64,000 nucleotides of DNA from an uncultured Bryobacterales bacterium (GTDB taxonomy: Bacteria; Acidobacteriota; Terriglobia; Bryobacterales; UBA6623): NCBI GenBank assembly GCA_964461235.1, contig CAYWUV010000006.1, positions 11,468-75,467 on the forward strand, read 5' to 3'. Under the pieces are notes generated by a model. The model did no database searches and was not told the DNA's origin. It saw nothing but the letters and a program-made list of their open reading frames with translations. Positions 30,213 to 39,413 of this stretch are shown in pieces. Position 1 is the stretch's first letter, and every line of letters starts with the position of its first letter. The translations under genes were made by a program, and so were the position numbers.

Positions 30213-32861
30213 TCACTCCCTCGAAAGGAATTCGTCCAGGTTGAGCAACGCGCTGCCCATCACAACCCAGGTCGCGCCGTCGATCGGTGCGATGCCCGGC
30301 AGGTCGAAGCCGAAGAGCTGCTTGACGGATTCCGGCGTACGCTCGAGAATCGCCCGCTGTCGAGCCCACGAGGACTGGAGGGAGTCCATCTCGGCAGGGT
30401 CCGGGTCGCGCGTCAAGCAGAGCCGGAAGACCTGGGTCAGCCGTTCGGACAGATCTCCTTCGAACTCGGTCACGACACGAACCGCCAGGGCCTGCGCGGC
30501 CTCCAGGAAGACTGGATCATTCAGCAGGTTCAAGGCCTGGAGTGGGGTGTTCGTGCGTCCCCGTCGGCATGCGGTTTCGTAAGTGTCGGGCATGTCGAAG
30601 GCACTCAGCAAGGGGTACGGGGACATTCTCTGGTACTGGATGTACATGCCGCGGCGATAGCGGTCCGGACCTTCGCTGGGAACCCAGCCGCCGTCTCCGG
30701 AGCTTCCCATTCGCCGCGCTCCCTCCGGCTGCGGAGGCCGCACGCTGCGGCCGCCGACCCGAGTGTCGAGCAGTCCGCTGACGGCGAGGGTCGAGTCCCT
30801 GATCAGTTCGGCGGGAAGGCGCATGCGGACTTGCCTGGCCAGCAGCACGTTCTCCGGATCCCGGATCTCCAGATCCGTACGGGCGTCGGAGGACTGGCGA
30901 TAGGTGGCCGACGTCACGATACTTTTCACCAGTCGCTTCCAGCTCCAGCCTCCCTCGGCAAACTCGGAGGCGAGCCAGTCCAGCAACTGCGGGTGGGACG
31001 GCTTTTCCCCTTGGGTGCCGAGGTTCTCCGAGGTCAGAGCCAGGCCTCTCCCGAAGAGTTCCTGCCAGATCCGGTTTGCGGCGACTCGCGCTGTCAGGGG
31101 ATTGTCCCTTGAGACCAGCCAGTTGGCAAGGTCGATCCTTGTGACAGTCCCGGCACCTGGGCGGGGGGCGACCCATTCCGGGACTCCGGGATCCACGCGG
31201 ATGCCAGGCGCCTTGTAGCTTCCTCCGAGGTAGACATGGGTCTGCCGAGGTTGTTCTTCGAGGTGTACCGCCTGTGCCTCGCCGAAGGGCGGCAGGGACC
31301 TGTCCAGTTCCTTCAGCTTCTCCGACAGATCCTCGTATCCGAGCCGATCGTACTCCTCCTTCGAAAGGACGCGCTTGTACTCCCTGACAAAGAAGTCAGT
31401 CAGGGCCTTCTCGTGGCGCACGGAACGGCGATCCGGAGGGGTGCGGATGATACGCTCCCCGAGATTTACGTAGGTCCGGAGCTCGTCGAACGTCACGTCC
31501 CACTCGGCCGACTCGCCCGGGTTTTCCGCCGCCCATAGCACCTTCTTCTCCCAAGGTGGCTTGCGTTCGAACACGCCGTGCTCCGTGAGCAATCGGTGTC
31601 GTTGTTGCTGGTAAGCGGGAAGGGCCGCCAGATAGGGCCCGCGTTCGCCCGGCAGCGGCGCGTCGATGTCGACTTCCTCGAGATCGTTGAAGAATGCGAA
31701 CAGCTGGTAGTACTCCTTCTGTGTGAGGGGGTCGTACTTGTGGTCGTGGCACTGGGCACACCCGACGGTCAGTCCCAGCCAGACAGTGCTCACGGTATTC
31801 GTTCGGTTCACGACCTGCTCGAACCGCCATTCCTCCGGGTCCGAGCCGCCTTCCGTGTTCGTCGGGGTGTTGCGGTGGAAGCCTGTCGCAACGTGCTGGC
31901 TTACGGTCCGGCCCGGAAGGATGTCGCCCGCGATCTGCTCCAACGTGAACTGATCGAAAGGCATGTCCTGATCGAAGGCCTCGATGACCCATTGCCGGTA
32001 GCGCCATGCGTGGGGACGGAAGTTATCGCCTCGGAACCCGTCGCTGTCCGCGTATCGCGCGAGGTCGAGCCAGAATCGGGCCCACTTTTCCGCGTAATGA
32101 GGGGAGTCCAGCAAACGGTCGACCAGCCGATCGTACGCTCCCGGGCCCTCGTCCTTGAGGAACGCCTCGAGTTCCAGGAGTGTCGGCGGGAGACCAGTCA
32201 GGTCCAGGCTGAGGCGTCGCAGCTGGGTCTCCCTCGGCGCTGCCGGTGACGGTTCCAGCCCTTCCCGCTCAAGGCGAGCGAGCACGAAACGGTCGATGTC
32301 GTTGGAAGGCCAGGAGCGATCCTTGACCGGGGGGGGCGATGGCCGGGAGAGCGGCTGGAATGACCAGTGAGAGAGTCGCTGGTACTTCGTCTCGGAGTCC
32401 GGGTCTCCGGAATCCGCCCACTCCGCTCCTTGGTCGATCCAAGCCCGCAGCAGTGCAATCTCGGTTCGGGTCAGGCTCTCACCGGCCGGGGGCATGACCT
32501 TGCCGTCGATCAGGCCCGCGACCATCAGGACGAGCTTGCTCTCGGCGCTGTTTCCAGGGAGGATGACGGGACCGCCATAGCTCCCGCGCAGCGCATCGGT
32601 CCCGCGGTCCAGCCGGAGTCCCTGCATTTGCTGCGCCTCGCCGTGGCAGATGTGGCATTTGCCTGCGAGGATCGGCTCGATGTCTTGCCGAAAGTCTACG
32701 ACGCCGCTTGAAGGCGGGGGAAGAGGGGAAGCATCCGGGCCGGTCCCCGGTGCGCCGGACCCTTGCGGGGTGGCGGAGGCCAGCGCCATTACGAACAGGC
32801 ACAGGCTTGCCTTGCGGGTTCCACAGCGCGTTCTCCAACTGCTGAAACGAATGAGGGCCAT
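30213..32861 (-). CDS. PSCyt1/DUF1549/DUF1553 domain protein
   Basis: Likely start MALIRFSSW at 32861 inside ORF 30213..33074. Motifs present are ILAGKCHICHG, LRRLSLDLTGLPPT, CAQCHDHKYDP and RVAANRIWQELFG. The stop lies 5 nt before the DUF1501 start. Confidence 0.9.
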   Translation of the reverse strand: MALIRFSSWRTRCGTRKASLCLFVMALASATPQGSGAPGTGPDASPLPPPSSGVVDFRQDIEPILAGKCHICHGEAQQMQGLRLDRGTDALRGSYGGPVILPGNSAESKLVLMVAGLIDGKVMPPAGESLTRTEIALLRAWIDQGAEWADSGDPDSETKYQRLSHWSFQPLSRPSPPPVKDRSWPSNDIDRFVLARLEREGLEPSPAAPRETQLRRLSLDLTGLPPTLLELEAFLKDEGPGAYDRLVDRLLDSPHYAEKWARFWLDLARYADSDGFRGDNFRPHAWRYRQWVIEAFDQDMPFDQFTLEQIAGDILPGRTVSQHVATGFHRNTPTNTEGGSDPEEWRFEQVVNRTNTVSTVWLGLTVGCAQCHDHKYDPLTQKEYYQLFAFFNDLEEVDIDAPLPGERGPYLAALPAYQQQRHRLLTEHGVFERKPPWEKKVLWAAENPGESAEWDVTFDELRTYVNLGERIIRTPPDRRSVRHEKALTDFFVREYKRVLSKEEYDRLGYEDLSEKLKELDRSLPPFGEAQAVHLEEQPRQTHVYLGGSYKAPGIRVDPGVPEWVAPRPGAGTVTRIDLANWLVSRDNPLTARVAANRIWQELFGRGLALTSENLGTQGEKPSHPQLLDWLASEFAEGGWSWKRLVKSIVTSATYRQSSDARTDLEIRDPENVLLARQVRMRLPAELIRDSTLAVSGLLDTRVGGRSVRPPQPEGARRMGSSGDGGWVPSEGPDRYRRGMYIQYQRMSPYPLLSAFDMPDTYETACRRGRTNTPLQALNLLNDPVFLEAAQALAVRVVTEFEGDLSERLTQVFRLCLTRDPDPAEMDSLQSSWARQRAILERTPESVKQLFGFDLPGIAPIDGATWVVMGSALLNLDEFLSRE

Positions 32862-34167
32862 TGTCCGACGCTGGGCTCTCGAATCCGAGAGCCGCTTCAC
32901 GCACCCGCCCACAATATACCCCTTGGGTCCGGGGTTCGGATACCTCGGTCGACGTGAAGTCGACCCGAGGCTCGCTCGAGCGCTGATCGATGACAGGCCC
33001 ACGCACGAGCGAGAAACTCCGACGCAGGGTCCCAAATGACTGGTGGCGGACGGGGGTAATGGCGCTTGGCACAAGTCAGATTGGTGGCCTGTTCCGAAAT
33101 GCGCTTGCTGAACCTGTTAGGAATGCCGATCTTGGCCCCGTTGGGCACGGACGCGACGGGGCCCATTGGGGGAAGCTGCCAATGCGGAAGACCGCAGCGT
33201 CGATTCCAGTGTTGGTTCGGGTCTCCCTTGCGCGGACTAATAGAGGTCGGAATCCGGTCTATGAGTGGAGCCGGGTTCGTGACTGGCTTTGCGGGCAGCA
33301 GCTGGTTGTGAGGCAATTCAAGGACATCGTCCCAGACGTGGTCATCGCCCACGTGACCGGCAATGCCACCGGACTCGCGGTCCGCCCCCGAACCGCCATG
33401 AACCCGGGATTCCCAGTTCGCACATTCGATCTGTCTCCCGGCGTGAATGAGTGCGCTACCAGGTTCTGTTCGGTGCGGGCCTTGAATCCGGTGCAGTCGC
33501 CCGCGGTCCTACATAGTGCCTGCGACAAAACCCCCGGATTTTGAGCCGGAAGCCATGGGAATACTATATCATGTCCTCATTGTGGATCGACCATACAACA
33601 TGTAGTATTCGTGCTTGACTGACTGCTGAGTTAGGATCTGCGAATGTTTGCACGAATCCGTCCGAACCGGTTGGATTCCCGGCAAACCCCGGTCTGCCAA
33701 CCAAATATTCGCTCCGGGGATCTGGACATAACTTTCCTGCGACCAACAAGATGCGAGTTCTGTCGCAACCACTACATAGCGTTCCAGCGGTCGCATGAGC
33801 ATCGCTCAACGAGCACTGACACGTCCTCTCGGGCAGTAGGGCTACGTGTGAGCATCTGCTGCGGGGAAGGCGCAGGTAATCGGCGAGTTCCGGCGAGCGA
33901 TCCGCAGACCATGGAGCAGGAGCGCCAGATGCACCACCTAGAATCCGGCGGAACGTCGCACCGTTTCCTCGTGGTCCAAGCTGCCGTCCAAACCGAATTG
34001 AGGGTCAGACCCCATCGCCTCAAGGCGATTCACCACCGACCTCGTCGCCAGCAAGCCTTCGACACTTGAAGCCAGCCGGCGTGCACTTTGGCAATACCCC
34101 GCAGGGTCGGGACCAAGGACTGAAGGCATCCATCTGCACATCGCGACGAGTCGAGGCGAATTGTGGC

Positions 34168-35922
34168 TCAGTCAGGGGAAACCCTATGGGCGGGCATCGA
34201 AGCTACCACGACCTGGTCGAGTTGCGTATCCCAGAAGTAATAGATTCGAAGGCAATGCCTAGGGTCGTGAGACGTGCCTTGCCGAAGGTGCCATTCAACC
34301 TTCCTCGGCTCTCCCTGCCACTTCACTGTGAAGCTGTCGGAGCCGCATCGCTCATTACTGAGGCCTTCGGCTCCGGGAACCGGTCCCCGCAGGTCTTCCC
34401 CTCGACCGTTTAGCCGAGCATCCCTGTAGCTCGTTGCAAGCCACTGTAGGCCCCGTGTAGCCGTCTCCACATCCTCGTACTGCGCCCGAGGGAGGTCTCG
34501 CCTGACCGGGGTTATCAGCATCAATCGTCCACTCAGTTCGGTGTCGCACCATCCGATGACCCGATCCCAGGAGTCCGGGAGAGGCCTTGTGGCCGCTAGT
34601 GAGGCTTTTAACCCTGCGATCCGCTCGTCTCGTTCAGCCAAGGAGTGCTGAAGTTGCCGGTTCTTGCTTACGAGCTCCTTGTTCCGTTCCCGGGCAGTTT
34701 TGAGCTTCCGCGTGAGACCTTTTCGATCAGCTTCTATCTTTGAGAGCTTCCGGTTCAGGTCGACGAACTCTGGGTCCCCGTGGGTCCCTTTCTTGGGGCG
34801 AGTGTACTCGCGTGAGGCACGCCCGATCTGGCTTCGAATTGGTTCGAGGAATCGGGTCCAATGGCGTGCCACCCAATCTCCCACTCGGTCCCGTACTGGA
34901 GCTGTCGTTCGCGTTCCTTTGTCGCTGCCTGTCGAATCGGCATTGCCAACGGTTGAGGCCGGCGTGCCTCCCAACTCCCCGGACCGTTTCTTGAGTCTGG
35001 CTGCCTTATGCTCCAACGCCCCGTATGGCAGTCGCCCTCCGTTCTTCCGGTATGAATTCGCACTCTCTCGAGCGACGAGGCGCAAGAGCGACAGCCAAGA
35101 TTGCTCGACCTCATCCGAACTCGGATCCCGCCCCGAGCAATGTAATCTGTGGCGGCCGGGATCCGTGTCTTTCTCTAGGCCCGGCAGGTAGACCCGCACA
35201 GCGCCGTTAAAGACTGCCAGCTTCCTGCCGACACCCTGCGTAAAGAGCCTGCTTTGCGATGAGGCCATAACGGATACGTGCGCCAGACCGTTCGCCGCTT
35301 TCGCGAAGGACCAGGGATCAAAGCGAGTGGACGACGCACGGTCAGCGCCTTTGTTCATGCTGACGATGACGACGGGCCTGTTGCGCTCTCGGTCCAGAAG
35401 CTGCGTGACTAGGTTTCGCGTCTGTTCCTCGGATCGGATCAGTGAAACCTCAGATCTCGAATCGGTGATTGTCGAGTAAAGATTGCAGAAGGCCTCAACA
35501 GCTGCAGCCAAGCCGGCCTCGCGGCCTGAGTGCGGGAATTTGTGGGAGGGGATCTCGGCCAGCAGACGGAAGCCTACTCGGTCTACAGTGCCGTGGCGGC
35601 AGGTCACCATCGCTTCTGTGATCAGGCATGTTCCTTCGACCTGCTCAATGGGATCGTCGAGCCAGCACGCCCATATGTCGTCATCACCTTCCTTGACGGA
35701 CGCGGAGAGAAAGGTACGGCTACCATGCCTCGCTATGCATTCGTCGGAATCTCCCGTGCTCTCCGGAAGAGTGGTTCCGAACCGCTTCTCGAACCAAGCG
35801 AGCACACGGGAGCGCACGGATTCGGCGGTTTCTCTCCCGCCGCCCGCTTCGATGAAACCAAGTACGATGAACGGCTCGTCCCTGATATTTGCAGCTGCGT
35901 CACTCGCGTTCGGAAGACCCAC
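34168..35922 (-). CDS. large orphan protein (584 aa) of unknown function: N-terminal globular region, central coiled coil, distinct C-terminal domain
   Basis: A single uninterrupted ORF. Third-position GC is clearly lower than in neighbouring housekeeping genes (rough manual count). The coiled-coil stretch is LNRKLSKIEADRKGLTRKLKTARERNKELVSKNRQLQHSLAERDERIAGLK. The C-terminus is VEWHLRQGTSHDPRHCLRIYYFWDTQLDQVVVASMPAH. I recognise no family. Confidence 0.7.
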   Translation of the reverse strand: MGLPNASDAAANIRDEPFIVLGFIEAGGGRETAESVRSRVLAWFEKRFGTTLPESTGDSDECIARHGSRTFLSASVKEGDDDIWACWLDDPIEQVEGTCLITEAMVTCRHGTVDRVGFRLLAEIPSHKFPHSGREAGLAAAVEAFCNLYSTITDSRSEVSLIRSEEQTRNLVTQLLDRERNRPVVIVSMNKGADRASSTRFDPWSFAKAANGLAHVSVMASSQSRLFTQGVGRKLAVFNGAVRVYLPGLEKDTDPGRHRLHCSGRDPSSDEVEQSWLSLLRLVARESANSYRKNGGRLPYGALEHKAARLKKRSGELGGTPASTVGNADSTGSDKGTRTTAPVRDRVGDWVARHWTRFLEPIRSQIGRASREYTRPKKGTHGDPEFVDLNRKLSKIEADRKGLTRKLKTARERNKELVSKNRQLQHSLAERDERIAGLKASLAATRPLPDSWDRVIGWCDTELSGRLMLITPVRRDLPRAQYEDVETATRGLQWLATSYRDARLNGRGEDLRGPVPGAEGLSNERCGSDSFTVKWQGEPRKVEWHLRQGTSHDPRHCLRIYYFWDTQLDQVVVASMPAHRVSPD

Positions 35923-36230
35923 CGTTCTATCAGACTGGCATATCGTCCGCCTGTGGTCGGCAGTAGGCCCGGACGGGCTCGACCAGCCCTCCGTTTCCGC
36001 CTACATTGGATCGGCCCGCGGGTAGGAAGGAGTACAAGCCATCCACCGTCATGGAGCCATTGTTCAAGGATGACCGGCCTCGCAAGCGTTGGCTCAGGCG
36101 TCACCGGAGGCTACTCTCGACGAGCTTGTTTTCGGACCGCGGTGCCAGCAGCCCAGATAGGCCGGCAGTCGCGCCGATCCGAGCACGCCATTACTAGCTG
36201 TCACGGAACGTTCCGCGCACTATCCACAGC

Positions 36231-37496
36231 GTGTCGCGCCGCCAGCGGCGCGCGCTTGGTGCCGGGCCTGGCGTCGAGTGGTGCCGGCCTCCGTACAATG
36301 TTGCCGTGCACAGAATCGTTATCCTGCTGGCAATGACGTCGATCGTGGGGCACGGACAGGTCCGAGAGTTCACGATCCAGGTCGACGACTCCGTTCTGGC
36401 CGATCTGAAGGCTCGGCTCGAGCGAACCCGCCTGCCCGACCAGATCCCGGGTTCGGGCTGGGACTACGGCTCGGACCGTGCCTATATGGACGAGCTCCTG
36501 GAGTACTGGAGGACCGAATACGACTGGCGCCGGCACGAGGCGGAACTCAACGCGCTCCCGCATTTCAAGGCCCGCATTGATGGCATCGACCTGCATTTCG
36601 TACACGTGCGTTCCAAGGAGCCCGATGCAATTCCCCTGGTCATCACCCACGGCTGGCCCGGCTCCGTATACGAGTTCATGGACGTGATCGGCCCCTTGAC
36701 CGATCCGGTTACCCACGGAGGCAAGGCAGGGGACGCCTTCCACCTGGTCCTGCCATCGATGCCCGGCTATGGATTCTCCGGGCCCTCCCGGGAGAGGGGC
36801 ATGAGCGTCGATCGGGTTGCGGATGTTGTGGCGGGGCTCATGGGGGAACTGGGCTATGAACGGTACGGGGCCCAGGGCGGCGACTGGGGTTCGGGCGTTT
36901 CGTCGTGGCTGGCCCGGGAGCATCCGGCCCGCGTCATCGGCATCCACCTCAACATGGTCGGCGGAGGCGCGCCCGGGGGAATGGAGGATCCCGAGGCCGG
37001 TATACCGGAGTGGGAGTTGAAGCGTCACAAGGAGCGAGCGGAGTGGTGGCGGGGCGAGAACGCCTACGGCAACATCCAGGGCACCAAGCCCCTGACCCTC
37101 GCCTACGGATTGAACGATTCGCCGGCCGGGTTGGCGGCGTGGATCGTGGAGAAGTTCCGAGCCTGGAGCGACTGCGGCGGAGTCGTCGAAAGCCGCTTCA
37201 CCAAAGACCAGCTGCTGACGAACACCATGCTCTACTGGGTGACCCAAAGCATGCCGTCGGCCGTGCGACTCTACTACGAGTCCCGGCGCAGCGGTCGCCA
37301 GTCCGGCCGCGTGGAAGTGCCCACTGCCGTTGCTGTCTTCCCCGGTGAGATCTTCTTCTCCCCGCGCAAGTGGGTCGAGGCTCGTTACAACGTGACGCAG
37401 TGGACTGAAATGCCCCGTGGGGGCCACTTCGCCGCGATGGAAGAGCCCGAGCTGTTGGTGGAGGACGTGCGGAAGTTCTTCCGAACCCTGCGGTAG
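36231..37496 (+). CDS. epoxide hydrolase (microsomal EH N-terminal domain plus alpha/beta hydrolase)
   Basis: LPHFKARIDGIDLHFVHVRS...PLVITHGWPGSVYEF is the EH N-terminal/HGWP pattern. The true start is probably GTG 36306 or ATG 36333. Confidence 0.8.
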   Translation: MSRRQRRALGAGPGVEWCRPPYNVAVHRIVILLAMTSIVGHGQVREFTIQVDDSVLADLKARLERTRLPDQIPGSGWDYGSDRAYMDELLEYWRTEYDWRRHEAELNALPHFKARIDGIDLHFVHVRSKEPDAIPLVITHGWPGSVYEFMDVIGPLTDPVTHGGKAGDAFHLVLPSMPGYGFSGPSRERGMSVDRVADVVAGLMGELGYERYGAQGGDWGSGVSSWLAREHPARVIGIHLNMVGGGAPGGMEDPEAGIPEWELKRHKERAEWWRGENAYGNIQGTKPLTLAYGLNDSPAGLAAWIVEKFRAWSDCGGVVESRFTKDQLLTNTMLYWVTQSMPSAVRLYYESRRSGRQSGRVEVPTAVAVFPGEIFFSPRKWVEARYNVTQWTEMPRGGHFAAMEEPELLVEDVRKFFRTLR

Positions 37497-37515
37497 CCCA
37501 AGCCCGACGAGCCGG

Positions 37516-38865
37516 TCATTCGGCGGCCAGCATAGCGAGCTTGGCCTGAATCTCGGCCTCCGGCATCCAATGCCCCCGGACCATGACGCCTGCCCTGTGC
37601 GCCACGTTCGCCACGTCATCGAGTGGATTGGCGTCGAGGAGGATGAGATCGCCACGCCGGCCGACCTCGACAATTCCGAATTCGTCGCTCCCGAAGTGCT
37701 CGGTCGCGTTCTTGGTTGCGGATTCGAGGATCTCGAACGGTGTGAGGCCGGCGGCGGCCATGACTCGCATCTCCCGGTGGATGGAGAAGCCCGGTACGCT
37801 GAAGATCTGTGGTGCGTCCGTGCCGAACACGATGCGGGCCCCGCCCTCCTGCAGAGCTTTCAGCAGAGTCTTCCGGATCTCGATCACCCGCGCCCCGGCT
37901 TCGGGGTTGAGGCGTTCGCGTCGTTCCTTCTGTGACTCAGACCATCGGTCGACCATGGCCTTGGGCAAGTATTCGAGGCCGTCGATGGCCATGTAGTGCT
38001 CCAAGGGGAGGTCGGCGTTGAATGTCTCCCACAGGGCCATCGTGGGCACCGCGGAGGCGTTCGCCAGCTTCGTCGCGTCGACGAGTGCCGGGATCTTGGC
38101 CTCGTCCAGGTGGAGCGCCAGTTCACGGGAGCGCGTTGCGGCATCCGCGTTCCGGATTGGCGAGTCGTCGGACTCCAGGGCTTCCAAGTAGTTGTCGAGG
38201 TGGTCGACACTGCCCTGCCCGGCCGCGAGCGCGTGCAGCAGGCCGACCGCGTTCGGGACATGTCCGCCGAACGGGATGCCGGCTTCTCCGGCCTCCTCTG
38301 CGATGGCGTCGTAGGCCTCTACGCTCAGCCCCTCGAGGATCTTGAGCAAGTCATAGCCGGCCTCTTTCTGGTCGCGCACCTGCTGGCGGGCAGTCTCCGG
38401 GGTCTGATCCTCGCTCGCGCGGAACGGCGGTCCGGCCGCGAAAATCGTCGGACCCATTCGGACGCCGTCCGCGATCTGCTGGCGCAGTTCCAAGTGGAAC
38501 GGTTGCCCGATCATCCCGCGAACTGTGGTGACGCCGTTCGACAGGAACAGGTACAGGATGCGGTCAACCTCTTCCGGTGCGGCGTCCCCGCCGGGCAGGT
38601 GTCCGTGCATCTCCGTGAAGCCCGGTAGCAGGAACTTGCCTTGGCCGTCAATGACGTCGGCGCCGCGGGGGACACTCAGATCACTTGCCGGCCCCATAGC
38701 GGCGATGCGTCCCTCAGAGACCACGACCGTGTAGGCTTCCAGCGCACCCTCCTGATCCATGGGCAGGACGGTGACGTTTTCGAAAGCAACCGTGCCCTCT
38801 GGCGCGGTCTGGCAGCCGAGGACGATGCCGATCGCCGTCAGCAAAGCAAGGATTCTGACAATCAT
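37516..38865 (-). CDS. amidohydrolase-family metallohydrolase, lipoprotein
   Basis: Real start is MIVRILALLTAIGIVLGCQ at 38865 (lipobox, AGAGG 6 nt upstream) inside track ORF 37516..39600. LLPGFTEMHGHL and VFGTDAP are amidohydrolase metal-site patterns. Confidence 0.8.
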   Translation of the reverse strand: MIVRILALLTAIGIVLGCQTAPEGTVAFENVTVLPMDQEGALEAYTVVVSEGRIAAMGPASDLSVPRGADVIDGQGKFLLPGFTEMHGHLPGGDAAPEEVDRILYLFLSNGVTTVRGMIGQPFHLELRQQIADGVRMGPTIFAAGPPFRASEDQTPETARQQVRDQKEAGYDLLKILEGLSVEAYDAIAEEAGEAGIPFGGHVPNAVGLLHALAAGQGSVDHLDNYLEALESDDSPIRNADAATRSRELALHLDEAKIPALVDATKLANASAVPTMALWETFNADLPLEHYMAIDGLEYLPKAMVDRWSESQKERRERLNPEAGARVIEIRKTLLKALQEGGARIVFGTDAPQIFSVPGFSIHREMRVMAAAGLTPFEILESATKNATEHFGSDEFGIVEVGRRGDLILLDANPLDDVANVAHRAGVMVRGHWMPEAEIQAKLAMLAAE

Positions 38866-38933
38866 GGGGACCTCTGTGTTCTGACAGGAAGATTCTAACC
38901 TTCCCATCGGAGTCTTTCTCCCCAACCCCCAGG

Positions 38934-39413
38934 TCAATCCTCGGGTTCGTGGAAATTGGCAACCATGTACTCGTGGTACGGACCGCGGAGAAATCGAAGG
39001 AAAACCTCGTTGACGAGCTTCAGGCCCTTGCTGACCAGGTAGTCCCAGTCCCGGTCGAGGCTCTGCGCGCGAACTGTCACGTTTCCTCGTCGGTTCGTGC
39101 TGCGAAGTGCGATGCGATCCGGATCGATCCGGCGGTGGCCGGGTAGCCCGGGCTGCTCGAGCCCTCTCAGGAACCGCTTGAAGTCCTTGTAGAGCGCTGA
39201 GTGGAGGCCCACGCTGGGTAGCAGATCCCGGAACTCGAGCGTGCCGCTCTTCGGATCGAACACGGCCCGAACCGGCCGCTCCTTGAGCCAGACTAGGGAG
39301 CAATCCAGGCGGCCGCGTTTGCGGGCAGAAGTGAACGAGCGGAAGATACCTCGGTCGGCGCGCTCGCGCAGGAATCCCTCTACGGCATCGGCCGGAGCGC
39401 ACCCGTCTGCCAT
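38934..39413 (-). CDS. hypothetical protein (159 aa), translationally coupled to the upstream TPP enzyme
   Basis: Start [18 protein letters not shown] at 39413. The sequence TGATG places the upstream stop and this ATG on a shared A. No signal peptide is present and I recognise no family. Confidence 0.6.
   Translation of the reverse strand: MADGCAPADAVEGFLRERADRGIFRSFTSARKRGRLDCSLVWLKERPVRAVFDPKSGTLEFRDLLPSVGLHSALYKDFKRFLRGLEQPGLPGHRRIDPDRIALRSTNRRGNVTVRAQSLDRDWDYLVSKGLKLVNEVFLRFLRGPYHEYMVANFHEPED

Noticed and set aside
32897-33544. ORFs 32897..33352(-) and 32990..33544(+) at the left edge of the island. The minus-frame text (...HVWDDVLELPHNQLLPAKPV...LIDRI...GD...GAKIGIP...KRI...) vaguely recalls the C-terminal half of an N4/N6 DNA methyltransferase.
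   Set aside because: The spacing does not fit the motif, and the key DPF-GSG residues and any DPPY motif are absent. The two ORFs overlap each other on opposite strands. At most this is an unrecognisable remnant, so it is not called as a feature.
33540-34167. I searched by eye for tandem or direct repeats, a retron- or CRISPR-like array, or a tRNA downstream of the 584-aa gene.
   Set aside because: I saw no repeated units, no tRNA-like T-arm or acceptor pairing and no array structure. This was visual inspection only, so a structured RNA cannot be excluded. The question is kept open in the island finding.
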